Source: Macrostomum lignano (Eukaryota). From it: a stretch of 64,000 nt of DNA. Made by a program: the position numbers and the translations under genes. Of the stretch, positions 1 through 11,400 are shown one piece after another; positions within the stretch are counted from its first letter, which is position 1; each line of letters begins with the position of its first letter. The DNA is taken from the NCBI GenBank assembly GCA_002269645.1, contig NIVC01001696.1, forward strand, positions 62,001 through 126,000. The letters run 5' to 3'. The notes under the pieces are model-generated. The model ran no database searches, was not told the DNA's origin, and saw nothing but the letters and a program-made list of their open reading frames with translations.

Positions 1-3000
1 AAGTGTCAGAGAACGTCATGCTGAATCAAGTGTCACAGAACGTCATGCTGAATCAACTGTCACAGAACGTCATGCAGAATCAACTGTCACAGAACGTCAT
101 GCTGAATCAAGTGTCAGGGAACGTCATGCTGAATCAACTGTCAGAGAGCGTCATGCTGAATCAACTGTCAGAGAACGTCATGCTGAATCAACTGTCAGAG
201 AACGTCATGCTGAATCAAGTGTCAGAGAACGTCATGCTGAATCAAGTGTCAGAGAACGTCATGCTGAATCAAGTGTCAGAGAGCGTCATGCTGAATCAAG
301 TGTCACAGAACGTCATGCTGAATCAACTGTCAGAGAACGTCATGCTGAATCAACTGTCAGGGAACGTCATGCTGAATCAAGTGTCAGAGAACGTCATGCT
401 GAATCAAGTGTCACAGAACGTCATGCTGAATCAACTGTCAGGGAACGTCATGCTGAATCAACTGTCAGAGAGCGTCATGCTGAATCAAGTGTCAGAGAGC
501 GTCATGCTGAATCAACTGTCAGGGAACGTCATGCTGAATCAAGTGTCAGAGAACGTCATGCTGAATCAAGTGTCAGAGAACGTCATGCTGAATCAACTGT
601 CACAGAACGTCATGCTGAATCAACTGTCAGGGAACGTCATGCTGAATCAACTGTCACAGAACGTCATGCTGAATCAACTGTCAGAGAACGTCATGCTGAA
701 TCAAGTGTCAGAGAACGTCATGCTGAATCAAGTGTCAGAGAGCGTCATGCTGAATCAACTGTCACAGAACGTCATGCTGAATCAACTGTCAGAGAACGTC
801 ATGCTGAATCAAGTGTCAGGGAACGTCATGCTGAATCAACTGTCAGGGAACGTCATGCTGAATCAAGTGTCAGAGAACGTCATGCTGAATAAAGTGTCAG
901 GGAACGTCATGCTGAATCAAGTGTCAGAGAGCGTCATGCTGAATCAAGTGTCACAGAACGTCATGCTGAATCAACTGTCAGAGAACGTCATGCTGAATCA
1001 AGTGTCAGAGAACGTCATGCTGAATCAAGTGTCAGAGAGCGTCATGCTGAATCAAGTGTCACAGAACGTCATGCTGAATCAAGTGTCAGAGAGCGTCATG
1101 CTGAATCAACTGTCAGAGAGCGTCATGCTGAATCAAGTGTCAGAGAGCGTCATGCTGAATCAAGTGTCACAGAACGTCATGCTGAATCAAGTGTCACAGA
1201 ACGTCATGCTGAATCAACTGTCAGAGAACGTCATGCTGAATCAAGTGTCAGGGAACGTCATGCTGAATCAACTGTCAGAGAACGTCAAGCTGAATCAACT
1301 GTCAGAGAACGTCATGCAGAATCAAGTGTCAGAGAACGTCATGCTGAATCAACTGTCAGGGAACGTCATGCTGAATCAAGTGTCAGAGAACGTCATGCTG
1401 AATCAAGTGTCAGAGAACGTCATGCTGAATCAACTGTCACAGAACGTCATGCTGAATCAACTGTCAGAGAGCGTCATGCTGAATCAAGTGTCAGAGAGCG
1501 TCATGCTGAATCAACTGTCAGGGAACGTCATGCTGAATCAACTGTCACAGAACGTCATGCTGAATCAACTGTCAGAGAACGTCATGCTGAATCAAGTGTC
1601 AGAGAACGTCATGCTGAATCAACTGTCAGGGAACGTCATGCTGAATCAAGTGTCAGAGAACGTCATGCTGAATCAAGTGTCACAGAACGTCATGCTGAAT
1701 CAACTGTCAGGGAACGTCATGCTGAATCAACTGTCAGAGAGCGTCATGCTGAATCAACTGTCAGAGAGCGTCATGCTGAATCAACTGTCAGAGAGCGTCA
1801 TGCTGAATCAACTGTCAGAGAACGTCATGCTGAATCAAGTGTCAGAGAGCGTCATGCTGAATCAAGTGTCACAGAACGTCATGCTGAATCAACTGTCAGA
1901 GAACGTCATGCTGAATCAAGTGTCAGAGAGCGTCATGCTGAATCAAGTGTCAGAGAGCGTCATGCTGAATCAAGTGTCAGAGAGCGTCATGCTGAATCAA
2001 GTGTCAGAGAACGTCATGCTGAATCAACTGTCACAGAACGTCATGCTGAATCAAGTGTCAGGAGCGTCATGCTGAATCAAGTGTCAGAGAGCGTCATGCT
2101 GAATCAACTGTCACAGAACGTCATGCTGAATCAACTGTCACAGAACGTCATGCTGAATCAACTGTCAGAGAGCGTCATGCTGAATCAAGTGTCAGAGAGC
2201 GTCATGCTGAATCAACTGTCAGGGAACGTCATGCTGAATCAACTGTCACAGAACGTCATGCTGAATCAACTGTCAGAGAGCGTCATGCTGAATCAAGTGT
2301 CAGAGAGCGTCATGCTGAATCAAGTGTCAGAGAGCGTCATGCTGAATCAAGTGTCAGAGAGCGTCATGCTGAATCAAGTGTCAGAGAGCGTCATGCTGAA
2401 TCAAGTGTCACAGAACGTCATGCTGAATCAAGTGTCAGAGAACGTCATGCTGAATCAAGTGTCAGAGAACGTCATGCTGAATCAACTGTCACAGAACGTC
2501 ATGCTGAATCAAGTGTCAGGGAACGTCATGCTGAATCAAGTGTCAGGGAACGTCATGCTGAATCAAGTGTCAGAGAGCGTCATGCTGAATCAACTGTCAG
2601 AGAACGTCATGCTGAATCAACTGTCAGGGAACGTCATGCTGAATCAACTGTCAGGGAACGTCATGCTGAATCAAGTGTCAGAGAGCGTCATGCTGAATCA
2701 AGTGTCACAGAACGTCATGCTGAATCAAGTGTCAGAGAACGTCATGCTGAATCAAGTGTCAGAGAGCGTCATGCTGAATCAACTGTCACAGAGCGTCATG
2801 CTGAATCAACTGTCACAGAACGTCATGCTGAATCAACTGTCAGAGAGCGTCATGCTGAATCAAGTGTCAGAGAGCGTCATGCTGAATCAAGTGTCACAGA
2901 ACGTCATGCTGAATCAAGTGTCAGGGAACGTCATGCTGAATCAACTGTCAGAGAGCGTCATGCTGAATCAACTGTCAGAGAGCGTCATGCTGAATCAACT

Positions 3001-4640
3001 GTCAGGGAACGTCATGCTGAATCAACTGTCAGGGAACGTCATGCTGAATCAAGTGTCAGAGAGCGTCATGCTGAATCAAGTGTCAGAGAGCGTCATGCTG
3101 AATCAAGTGTCAGAGAGCGTCATGCTGAATCAAGTGTCAGAGAGCGTCATGCTGAATCAAGTGTCAGAGAGCGTCATGCTGAATCAAGTGTCAGAGAGCG
3201 TCATGCTGAATCAAGTGTCACAGAACGTCATGCTGAATCAAGTGTCACAGAACGTCATGCTGAATCAAGTGTCAGAGAACGTCATGCTGAATCAAGTGTC
3301 AGAGAGCGTCATGCTGAATCAAGTGTCAGGGAACGTCATGCTGAATCAAGTGTCAGAGAGCGTCATGCTGAATCAAGTGTCAGAGAACGTCATGCTGAAT
3401 CAAGTGTCACAGAACGTCATGCTGAATCAACTGTCAGAGAGCGTCATGCTGAATCAAGTGTCAGGGAGCGTCATGCTGAATCAAGTGTCAGAGAACGTCA
3501 TGCTGAATCAACTGTCAGAGAGCGTCATGCTGAATCAAGTGTCAGAGAGCGTCATGCTGAATCAAGTGTCAGAGAGCGTCATGCTGAATCAAGTGTCAGG
3601 GAACGTCATGCTGAATCAAGTGTCAGAGAGCGTCATGCTGAATCAAGTGTCACAGAACGTCATGCTGAATCAAGTGTCAGAGAACGTCATGCTGAATCAA
3701 GTGTCAGAGAGCGTCATGCTGAATCAAGTGTCAGAGAACGTCATGCTGAATCAACTGTCAGAGAGCGTCATGCTGAATCAAGTGTCAGAGAGCGTCATGC
3801 TGAATCAAGTGTCAGAGAGCGTCATGCTGAATCAAGTGTCAGGGAACGTCATGCTGAATCAAGTGTCAGAGAGCGTCATGCTGAATCAAGTGTCACAGAA
3901 CGTCATGCTGAATCAAGTGTCAGAGAACGTCATGCTGAATCAAGTGTCAGAGAGCGTCATGCTGAATCAAGTGTCACAGAACGTCATGCTGAATCAACTG
4001 TCACAGAACGTCATGCTGAATCAAGTGTCACAGAACGTCATGCTGAATCAAGTGTCACAGAACGTCATGCTGAATCAACTGTCAGAGAACGTCATGCTGA
4101 ATCAAGTGTCAGAGAGCGTCATGCTGAATCAAGTGTCAGGGAACGTCATGCTGAATCAAGTGTCAGAGAGCGTCATGCTGAATCAAGTGTCAGAGAACGT
4201 CATGCTGAATCAACTGTCACAGAACGTCATGCTGAATCAACTGTCACAGAACGTCATGCTGAATCAAGTGTCAGAGAGCGTCATGCTGAATCAAGTGTCA
4301 GAGAGCGTCATGCTGAATCAACTGTCAGGGAACGTCATGCTGAATCAACTGTCACAGAACGTCATGCTGAATCAACTGTCAGAGAGCGTCATGCTGAATC
4401 AACTGTCAGAGAACGTCATGCTGAATCAACTGTCAGAGAGCGTCATGCTGAATCAGCTGTCAGAGAACGTCATGCTGAATCAAGTGTCAGTGTCACAGAG
4501 CGTCATGCTGAATCAACTGTCAGAACGTCATGCTGAATCAAGTCAAGAGCGTCATGCTGAATCAAGTGTCAGAGAGCGTCATGCTGAATCAAGTGTCAGA
4601 GACGTCATGCTGAATCAAGTGTCAGAGAACGTCATGCTGA
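1..4640. repeat. 27-bp tandem satellite, left arm (consensus GTCAGAGAACGTCATGCTGAATCAAGT, about 170 units; runs off the window start)
   Basis: Head-to-tail 27-mers with recurrent variants (caaG/Ctg; gag/cag/ggg; aac/agc). Units become deletion-bearing at about 4480-4640, next to the insertion. Confidence 0.98.
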
Positions 4641-5039
4641 TTAAACCCAAAAGACTAACGCAGAGTAAAAGCAAGTGGCACAAAAGACCGGCAGACGCGG
4701 CCCAGAAAGGGAAAACGAACCCGAACACCAACAGAAAGAGGGAGAAGGAGACAAGCGTGTAAAATCAAATCAACGAGCCGCAGAAAAAATTAAACCAAGC
4801 CAAAAAAGCCAGGTCCAAGCAATAGCTCTAAGACTCGTACCTGAGCTCGGGATCTGCTTCAGCCGTCGCAACTCGCTCCGCTCGAGAACTGCGCCAGAGA
4901 CGCGGCTCAGCGCGAGCGACGCCTGCTCAAGCAACCGGCCGCCGTTGACTCATTGAGGCAGGCCCTGCGCAGAATCTTCCGGCTGCGCCTTGGCCCGGCC
5001 GAAGTAGCGCAGCAGAAACAGCAGCATGTGGCGGGGATG

Positions 5040-5554
5040 CGTCAGGCAGCGCGACAGCGGGTCGCTCAGCAGCTGCCAGGACCCCGGCATATGGTGAGCT
5101 CGAAACTGAAAGTCGTGCCTCAGCGCTGCCAGAGTGGCCGTTTGAGCAGGGTCATGACGATCGGGTTGCTGGAGGCACCGCGGTTGATGGTGCCGACCGC
5201 CGCGCTGCTGTCGACGTAGCAGGCCACCTTGCCGCGGCCAGCTGCTCCTGGAACAGAATGATGGCGAGCAGCGGCAGTACCGTCTCCTTGGCGTTGATGT
5301 GCTCGCTCAGGAAGATGCCACCGGCGTCACTGCAGAAGTCGACGAGGCGGAACTCGCGCTGGCCATCAGAGGTGCTCAGGATCATGCCACCGGCACTGAC
5401 GCAGGCGTCCGTCTCGACCGCTGCCAGCACTCGTGCACGCCGCCACAGCTTGTCGGTCGGGAACACTGGGATTGCATGCTGCCAGAACTGCAACTGGGCC
5501 AGTAGCTCGCCGCGCACGGTACTCGATGATGCTGCTCAGGAATAGCGATGGTTA
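5040..5554 (-). pseudogene. RNase H, DIRS-type (frameshifted)
   Basis: VETDACVSAGG, HINAKE, VACYVDSSAAVGTINRG and HHMPGSWQLLSDPLSR match the TDAS / HIN.LE / DN..AV..IN / HIPG..N..AD.LSR series. Confidence 0.8.
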
Positions 5555-5730
5555 NNNNNNNNNNNNNNNNNNNNNNNNNNNNNNNNNNNNNNNNNNNNNN
5601 NNNNNNNNNNNNNNNNNNNNNNNNNNNNNNNNNNNNNNNNNNNNNNNNNNNNNNNNNNNNNNNNNNNNNNNNNNNNNNNNNNNNNNNNNNNNNNNNNNNN
5701 NNNNNNNNNNNNNNNNNNNNNNNNNNNNNN
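5555..5730. other. Assembly gap (176 N)
   Basis: Run of N. Confidence 1.
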
Positions 5731-6400
5731 GTATGCGATGACGACGAATTTGGACAGATGCGAGAATTGCCTGTACATAAAGCGCTTGACAGCTTGCGTT
5801 AGGCGGTGGAAAATGTTGACTGATGCCGCCGACCGAATGGGAGTCGCGTGTCAACCAGATAAGTGGGCTGACCGTCCAGCTCGAACGTCCACCGGAGCCC
5901 CGTCGCCTTATAGCAGTCTGGGTGCACCTGAACACTTCGGTAGGCGTGGCGTAGGATGAACCAGCTTGGTGCCAGCTGCCTGGTGAGATCCTCGACATTG
6001 GCAAACTTCATCTTCTGGCGGGGCTTGTACAGATCGTTGAGGCTGTTGCCCTGTGGCGCGGACGCGTCGTGAATCAGGCGGATGGCGCCGTCTGCCTTCG
6101 GGACGGCGCCCAGTGGGCTGATGATGGTCGGCCTGGCGATGCCCAAGTCAGTTGCGCTGATGTACCGGCCAGCCACGACCTCCTCTCTGATCTGCAGCTC
6201 AACGGCATTCCGATTTGCCTCGCAGCGGGCGGATGCATGATTTTCGAGCTGGGATTCGCTGGTCGGAGCCGCGTCGGTGATGCGAAAGCCATCGCGAATT
6301 CCCGCGATCAGAAACTCCGCGTCCGAGTCTCCGAGCAGGACTGGTGTCCAAGCAGCAGTTAACAGCGGCCAACGTTTTCGGAGTGCAGCCACCGGCCGGC
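5731..6400 (-). pseudogene. Reverse transcriptase, DIRS-type, N-terminal two thirds (frameshifted, truncated by the gap)
   Basis: [15 protein letters not shown] ... [20 protein letters not shown] ... LRHAYRSV ... RLPFG, then after a 1-nt shift [19 protein letters not shown]...VVIAY. The expected LDD falls exactly at the start of the N gap. Confidence 0.85.
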
Positions 6401-6404
6401 AACA

Positions 6405-7065
6405 GGGCCGGCAGCAGCGCCGGCAGCAGGACCGGCAGCAGGGCCGGCAGCGGGGCCGGCGGCAGGGCCGGCGGCAGGGCCAGCGGCTGGGCCGGCAGCA
6501 GGACCGGCGGCAGGGCCGGCGGCTGGGCCGGCAGCAGGACCGGCGGCAGGGCCGGCGGCTGGGCCGGCAGCAGGGCCGGCAGCAGGACCGGCAGCAGGGC
6601 CGGCAGCAGGACCGGCAGCAGGGCCGGCAGCAGGGCCGGCAGCAGGGCCGGCAGCAGGGCCGGCAGCAGGACCGGCAGCAGGGCCGGCAGCAGGACCGGC
6701 GGCAGGGCCGGCAGCAGGGCCGGCAGCAGGACGGCAGCAGGAACGGCAGCAGGACAGGCGGCAGGGCCGGCAGCAGGACCGGCAGCAGGGCCGGCAGCAG
6801 GACCGGCGGCAGGGCCGGCAGCAGGGCCGGCAGCAGGACCGGCAGCAGGAACGGCAGCAGGGCCGGCAGCAGGGCCGGCAGCAGGAACGGCAGCAGGGCC
6901 GGCAGTAGGGCCGGCAGCAGGGCCGGCGGCAGGGCCGGCGGCAGGGCGAGTGGCAGGGCGAGTGGCATGGCGAGCGGCAGGGCGAGCGGCAGGGCGAGCG
7001 GCAGGGCGAGTGGCAGGTCGAGCGGCAAGGCGAGTGGCAGGGCGAGCGGCAGGGCCAGTGGCAGT
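6405..7065. repeat. GC-rich 12-bp tandem repeats (GGCAGCAGGGCC / GGCAGCAGGACC, then GGCAGGGCGAGY) at the gag-RT junction
   Basis: Seen directly. It generates several low-complexity ORFs on both strands. Confidence 0.95.
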
Positions 7066-7163
7066 GCGAGCAGCTGTCTCGCATGGAATTAAAATTTTGG
7101 ACTGTCTATCAGACGCCGTCCGCTTAGGGCTAAAACTGGTGCCGCCGCGACCCGCCTCTTTGC

Positions 7164-7775
7164 TCAGTTTTTTGATTCGGCAGCCACCGAGCTGTGTTGC
7201 AGCTTTGAGTGGCTCCCTTCGCAGATGCGGCAGATGTGGGCGAAATTGCAGGTGTGTCTGTGACAGCCTTTGTTGCTATTGAACAAGCCGCAGATGACCT
7301 GTCCAGCGGATGACAGCTGGCCCCTGCTACGGTGACCCTGGACTCCTTGACCGACCGCGACTGGGCCAGCAGCTCGCAGGTTTTTGGGCGCCGTCATATG
7401 CTTGATGATGAGGTTCAGATCGGGGCTGTCCCAGTCGCGCTGTCGCGAGTGCTGCTGCAGCCTCATGTCCTGGTCGTACTGGAGCACCACCTTCCAGTCG
7501 TAGCCAGCGTCGAGCAGCTCGCCGATGTGGATGTTAAAGTTGAGGTAGGCGTTCAGACTCTTGCAGTCGGGCTGTCCATCCGTACGGGCGCCACCAGCTG
7601 GCCGGTCTCCAGCAGTCGCTGCATGATCGCGCGCGTTGGCAGCCACCCACTGGCCGAAGTTGACTCCGGACAGGCTCGGCGTTGCGCCTTTCAGAGTCAG
7701 GCGACCACGTTCCTGTGTCAGCCATCCTCCCGACTGCTGCCTCTCGTCCAGAAATTCCGGGATGAGCAGCGCTGA
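7164..7775 (-). pseudogene. gag core and CCCH zinc finger (frameshifted)
   Basis: LLIPEFL...SLSGVNFGQWVAANAR..., YLNFNIHIGELLDAGYDWKVVLQYDQDMRLQQ, then CGLFNSNKGCHRHTCNFAH (C-x8-C-x4-C-x3-H) followed by CRIC. This is typical of DIRS/Ngaro gag proteins. Confidence 0.7.
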
Positions 7776-8209
7776 TGGGGCCGCTGGGCTCCGGCCGAAT
7801 CAAACCTCGGTTGTCGGCTCTGGTCCCCGAACAGGCTGGCGTAGATGTCCGGCCCTCCTCTGGCCAGCGGGGGCGATGCGGCGCCACTGCGGATCGACTG
7901 CACTTCATCCCGCAACTGGGCCTCAGCCTTCTGCAGTTTAAGCAGCTCGATCCTCTTCTGAGTCTGCCGAATCTGCGCTTCTGTGGCCTCCTCCGCTGGC
8001 GCAGCCCGGCGCACGTCATCCTCGTCCTGGTCGTCGTCACCGTCGTCATCGCTGGGAGCTCGTTCGGCCTGGCTTGCAGCGAGCAGGCGGCCTATCAGCT
8101 CTTCTTTATTGCCACTTGTAGGTAAGGCCTTCTCGCGTAAGACATCTTTGAGGGCCTGCACGGTCATGCTGCCCAACGTAGAGTCCATTGTGAGTGCAGT
8201 GCTTGGCAA
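7718..8209 (-). pseudogene. gag-like ORF, N-terminal part with SAP domain
   Basis: MTVQALKDVLREKALPTSGNKEELIGRLL fits the SAP helix-loop-helix pattern. An acidic patch and a coiled coil follow. It continues by frameshift into the gag core. Confidence 0.7.
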
Positions 8210-8418
8210 ATCAGGCAGGCTAAAAATATTTTGCCAAAATTACGCCGACTCAGCGGCCGCGACGCGTGACTAAATAACACAGAGCGGGGGGAGGCTGCCC
8301 TAAGCCCTGCACGCACGCAGAGCACCAGCACCCCACCAACCCACCAAAGCGAGGCCGGGCCGGCGCGGGGGGGGGTTTAAAACCAGTTAGAGTCAGATAC
8401 CTGCCTCAAACTGACGTA

Positions 8419-11400
8419 ATCAACTGTCAGAGAACGTCATGCTGAATCAAGTGTCAGAGAACGTCATGCTGAATCAAGTGTCAGAGAGCGTCATGCTGAA
8501 TCAACTGTCAGAGAACGTCATGCTGAATCAACTGTCAGAGAGCGTCATGCTGAATCAACTGTCAGGGAACGTCATGCTGAATCAAGTGTCAGAGAACGTC
8601 ATGCTGAATCAAGTGTCACAGAACGTCATGCTGAATCAAGTGTCAGAGAACGTCATGCTGAATCAAGTGTCAGAGAGCGTCATGCTGAATCAACTGTCAC
8701 AGAGCGTCATGCTGAATCAACTGTCACAGAACGTCATGCTGAATCAAGTGTCAGGGAACGTCATGCTGAATCAACTGTCAGAGAGCGTCATGCTGAATCA
8801 ACTGTCAGAGAGCGTCATGCTGAATCAACTGTCAGGGAACGTCATGCTGAATCAACTGTCAGGGAACGTCATGCTGAATCAAGAGTCAGAGAGCGTCATG
8901 CTGAATCAAGTGTCAGAGAGCGTCATGCTGAATCAAGTGTCAGAGAGCGTCATGCTGAATCAAGTGTCAGAGAGCGTCATGCTGAATCAAGTGTCAGAGA
9001 GCGTCATGCTGAATCAAGTGTCAGAGAGCGTCATGCTGAATCAAGTGTCACAGAACGTCATGCTGAATCAAGTGTCAGGGAACGTCATGCTGAATCAAGT
9101 GTCAGAGAGCGTCATGCTGAATCAAGTGTCAGGGAACGTCATGCTGAATCAAGTGTCAGAGAGCGTCATGCTGAATCAAGTGTCAGAGAGCGTCATGCTG
9201 AATCAAGTGTCACAGAACGTCATGCTGAATCAAGTGTCAGGGAACGTCATGCTGAATCAAGTGTCAGAGAGCGTCATGCTGAATCAAGTGTCAGGGAACG
9301 TCATGCTGAATCAAGTGTCAGAGAGCGTCATGCTGAATCAACTGTCAGAGAACGTCATGCTGAATCAACTGTCACAGAACGTCATGCTGAATCAAGTGTC
9401 AGAGAACGTCATGCTGAATCAACTGTCAGGGAACGTCATGCTGAATCAAGTGTCAGAGAACGTCATGCTGAATCAAGTGTCAGAGAACGTCATGCTGAAT
9501 CAACTGTCACAGAACGTCATGCTGAATCAACTGTCAGAGAACGTCATGCTGAATTAAGTGTCAGAGAACGTCATGCTGAATCAACTGTCAGGGAACGTCA
9601 TGCTGAATCAAGTGTCAGAGAACGTCATGCTGAATCAAGTGTCACAGAACGTCATGCTGAATCAACTGTCACAGAACGTCATGCTGAATCAACTGTCAGA
9701 GAGCGTCATGCTGAATCAAGTGTCAGAGAGCGTCATGCTGAATCAACTGTCAGGGAACGTCATGCTGAATCAACTGTCACAGAACGTCATGCTGAATCAA
9801 CTGTCAGAGAACGTCATGCTGAATCAAGTGTCAGAGAACGTCATGCTGAATCAACTGTCAGGGAACGTCATGCTGAATCAAGTGTCAGAGAACGTCATGC
9901 TGAATCAAGTGTCACAGAACGTCATGCTGAATCAACTGTCAGGGAACGTCATGCTGAATCAACTGTCAGAGAGCGTCATGCTGAATCAACTGTCAGAGAA
10001 CGTCATGCTGAATCAACTGTCAGAGAGCGTCATGCTGAATCAACTGTCAGAGAACGTCATGCTGAATCAAGTGTCAGAGAGCGTCATGCTGAATCAACTG
10101 TCACAGAACGTCATGCTGAATCAACTGTCAGAGAACGTCATGCTGAATCAAGTGTCAGAGAGCGTCATGCTGAATCAAGTGTCAGAGAGCGTCATGCTGA
10201 ATCAAGTGTCAGAGAGCGTCATGCTGAATCAAGTGTCAGAGAACGTCATGCTGAATCAACTGTCACAGAACGTCATGCTGAATCAAGTGTCAGGGAGCGT
10301 CATGCTGAATCAAGTGTCAGAGAACGTCATGCTGAATCAACTGTCACAGAACGTCATGCTGAATCAACTGTCACAGAACGTCATGCTGAATCAAGTGTCA
10401 GAGAGCGTCATGCTGAATCAAGTGTCAGAGAACGTCATGCTGAATCAACTGTCACAGAACGTCATGCTGAATCAACTGTCAGAGAACGTCATGCTGAATC
10501 AACTGTCAGAGAACGTCATGCTGAATCAAGTGTCAGAGAACGTCATGCTGAATCAAGTGTCAGAGAGCGTCATGCTGAATCAACTGTCAGAGAACGTCAT
10601 GCTGAATCAAGTGTCAGAGAACGTCATGCTGAATCAACTGTCAGGGAACGTCATGCTGAATCAAGTGTCAGAGAACGTCATGCTGAATCAAGTGTCAGGG
10701 AACGTCATGCTGAATCAAGTGTCAGAGAGCGTCATGCTGAATCAAGTGTCACAGAACGTCATGCTGAATCAACTGTCAGAGAACGTCATGCTGAATCAAG
10801 TGTCAGAGAACGTCATGCTGAATCAAGTGTCAGAGAGCGTCATGCTGAATCAAGTGTCACAGAACGTCATGCTGAATCAAGTGTCAGAGAGCGTCATGCT
10901 GAATCAACTGTCAGAGAGCGTCATGCTGAATCAACTGTCAGAGAGCGTCATGCTGAATCAAGTGTCACAGAACGTCATGCTGAATCAAGTGTCACAGAAC
11001 GTCATGCTGAATCAACTGTCAGAGAACGTCATGCTGAATCAAGTGTCAGGGAACGTCATGCTGAATCAACTGTCAGAGAACGTCATGCTGAATCAAGTGT
11101 CAGAGAACGTCATGCTGAATCAAGTGTCAGAGAGCGTCATGCTGAATCAAGTGTCAGAGAGCGTCATGCTGAATCAAGTGTAAGAGAGCGTCATGCTGAA
11201 TCAAGTGTCAGAGAACGTCATGCTGAATCAACTGTCACAGAACGTCATGCTGAATCAAGTGTCAGGGAGCGTCATGCTGAATCAAGTGTCACAGAACGTC
11301 ATGCTGAATCAACTGTCACAGAACGTCATGCTGAATCAAGTGTCAGAGAGCGTCATGCTGAATCAAGTGTCAGGGAGCGTCATGCTGAATCAAGTGTCAG

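Larger units (their letters stand above)
4641..8418 (-). mobile_element. Degenerate DIRS/Ngaro-like (tyrosine-recombinase class) retrotransposon inserted in the satellite; YR gene not seen
   Basis: Minus-strand order is SAP-domain gag, CCCH zinc finger, DIRS-type RT and DIRS-type RNase H. The flanks rejoin into one intact satellite unit (GTCATGCTGA|ATCAACTG) with no target duplication. Confidence 0.82.

Noticed and set aside
4641-5040. Tyrosine recombinase remnant at the 3' end of the retroelement
   Set aside because: Manual translation of the minus-strand frames showed no R...H-x-x-R...Y-type motifs, and the region is too short.
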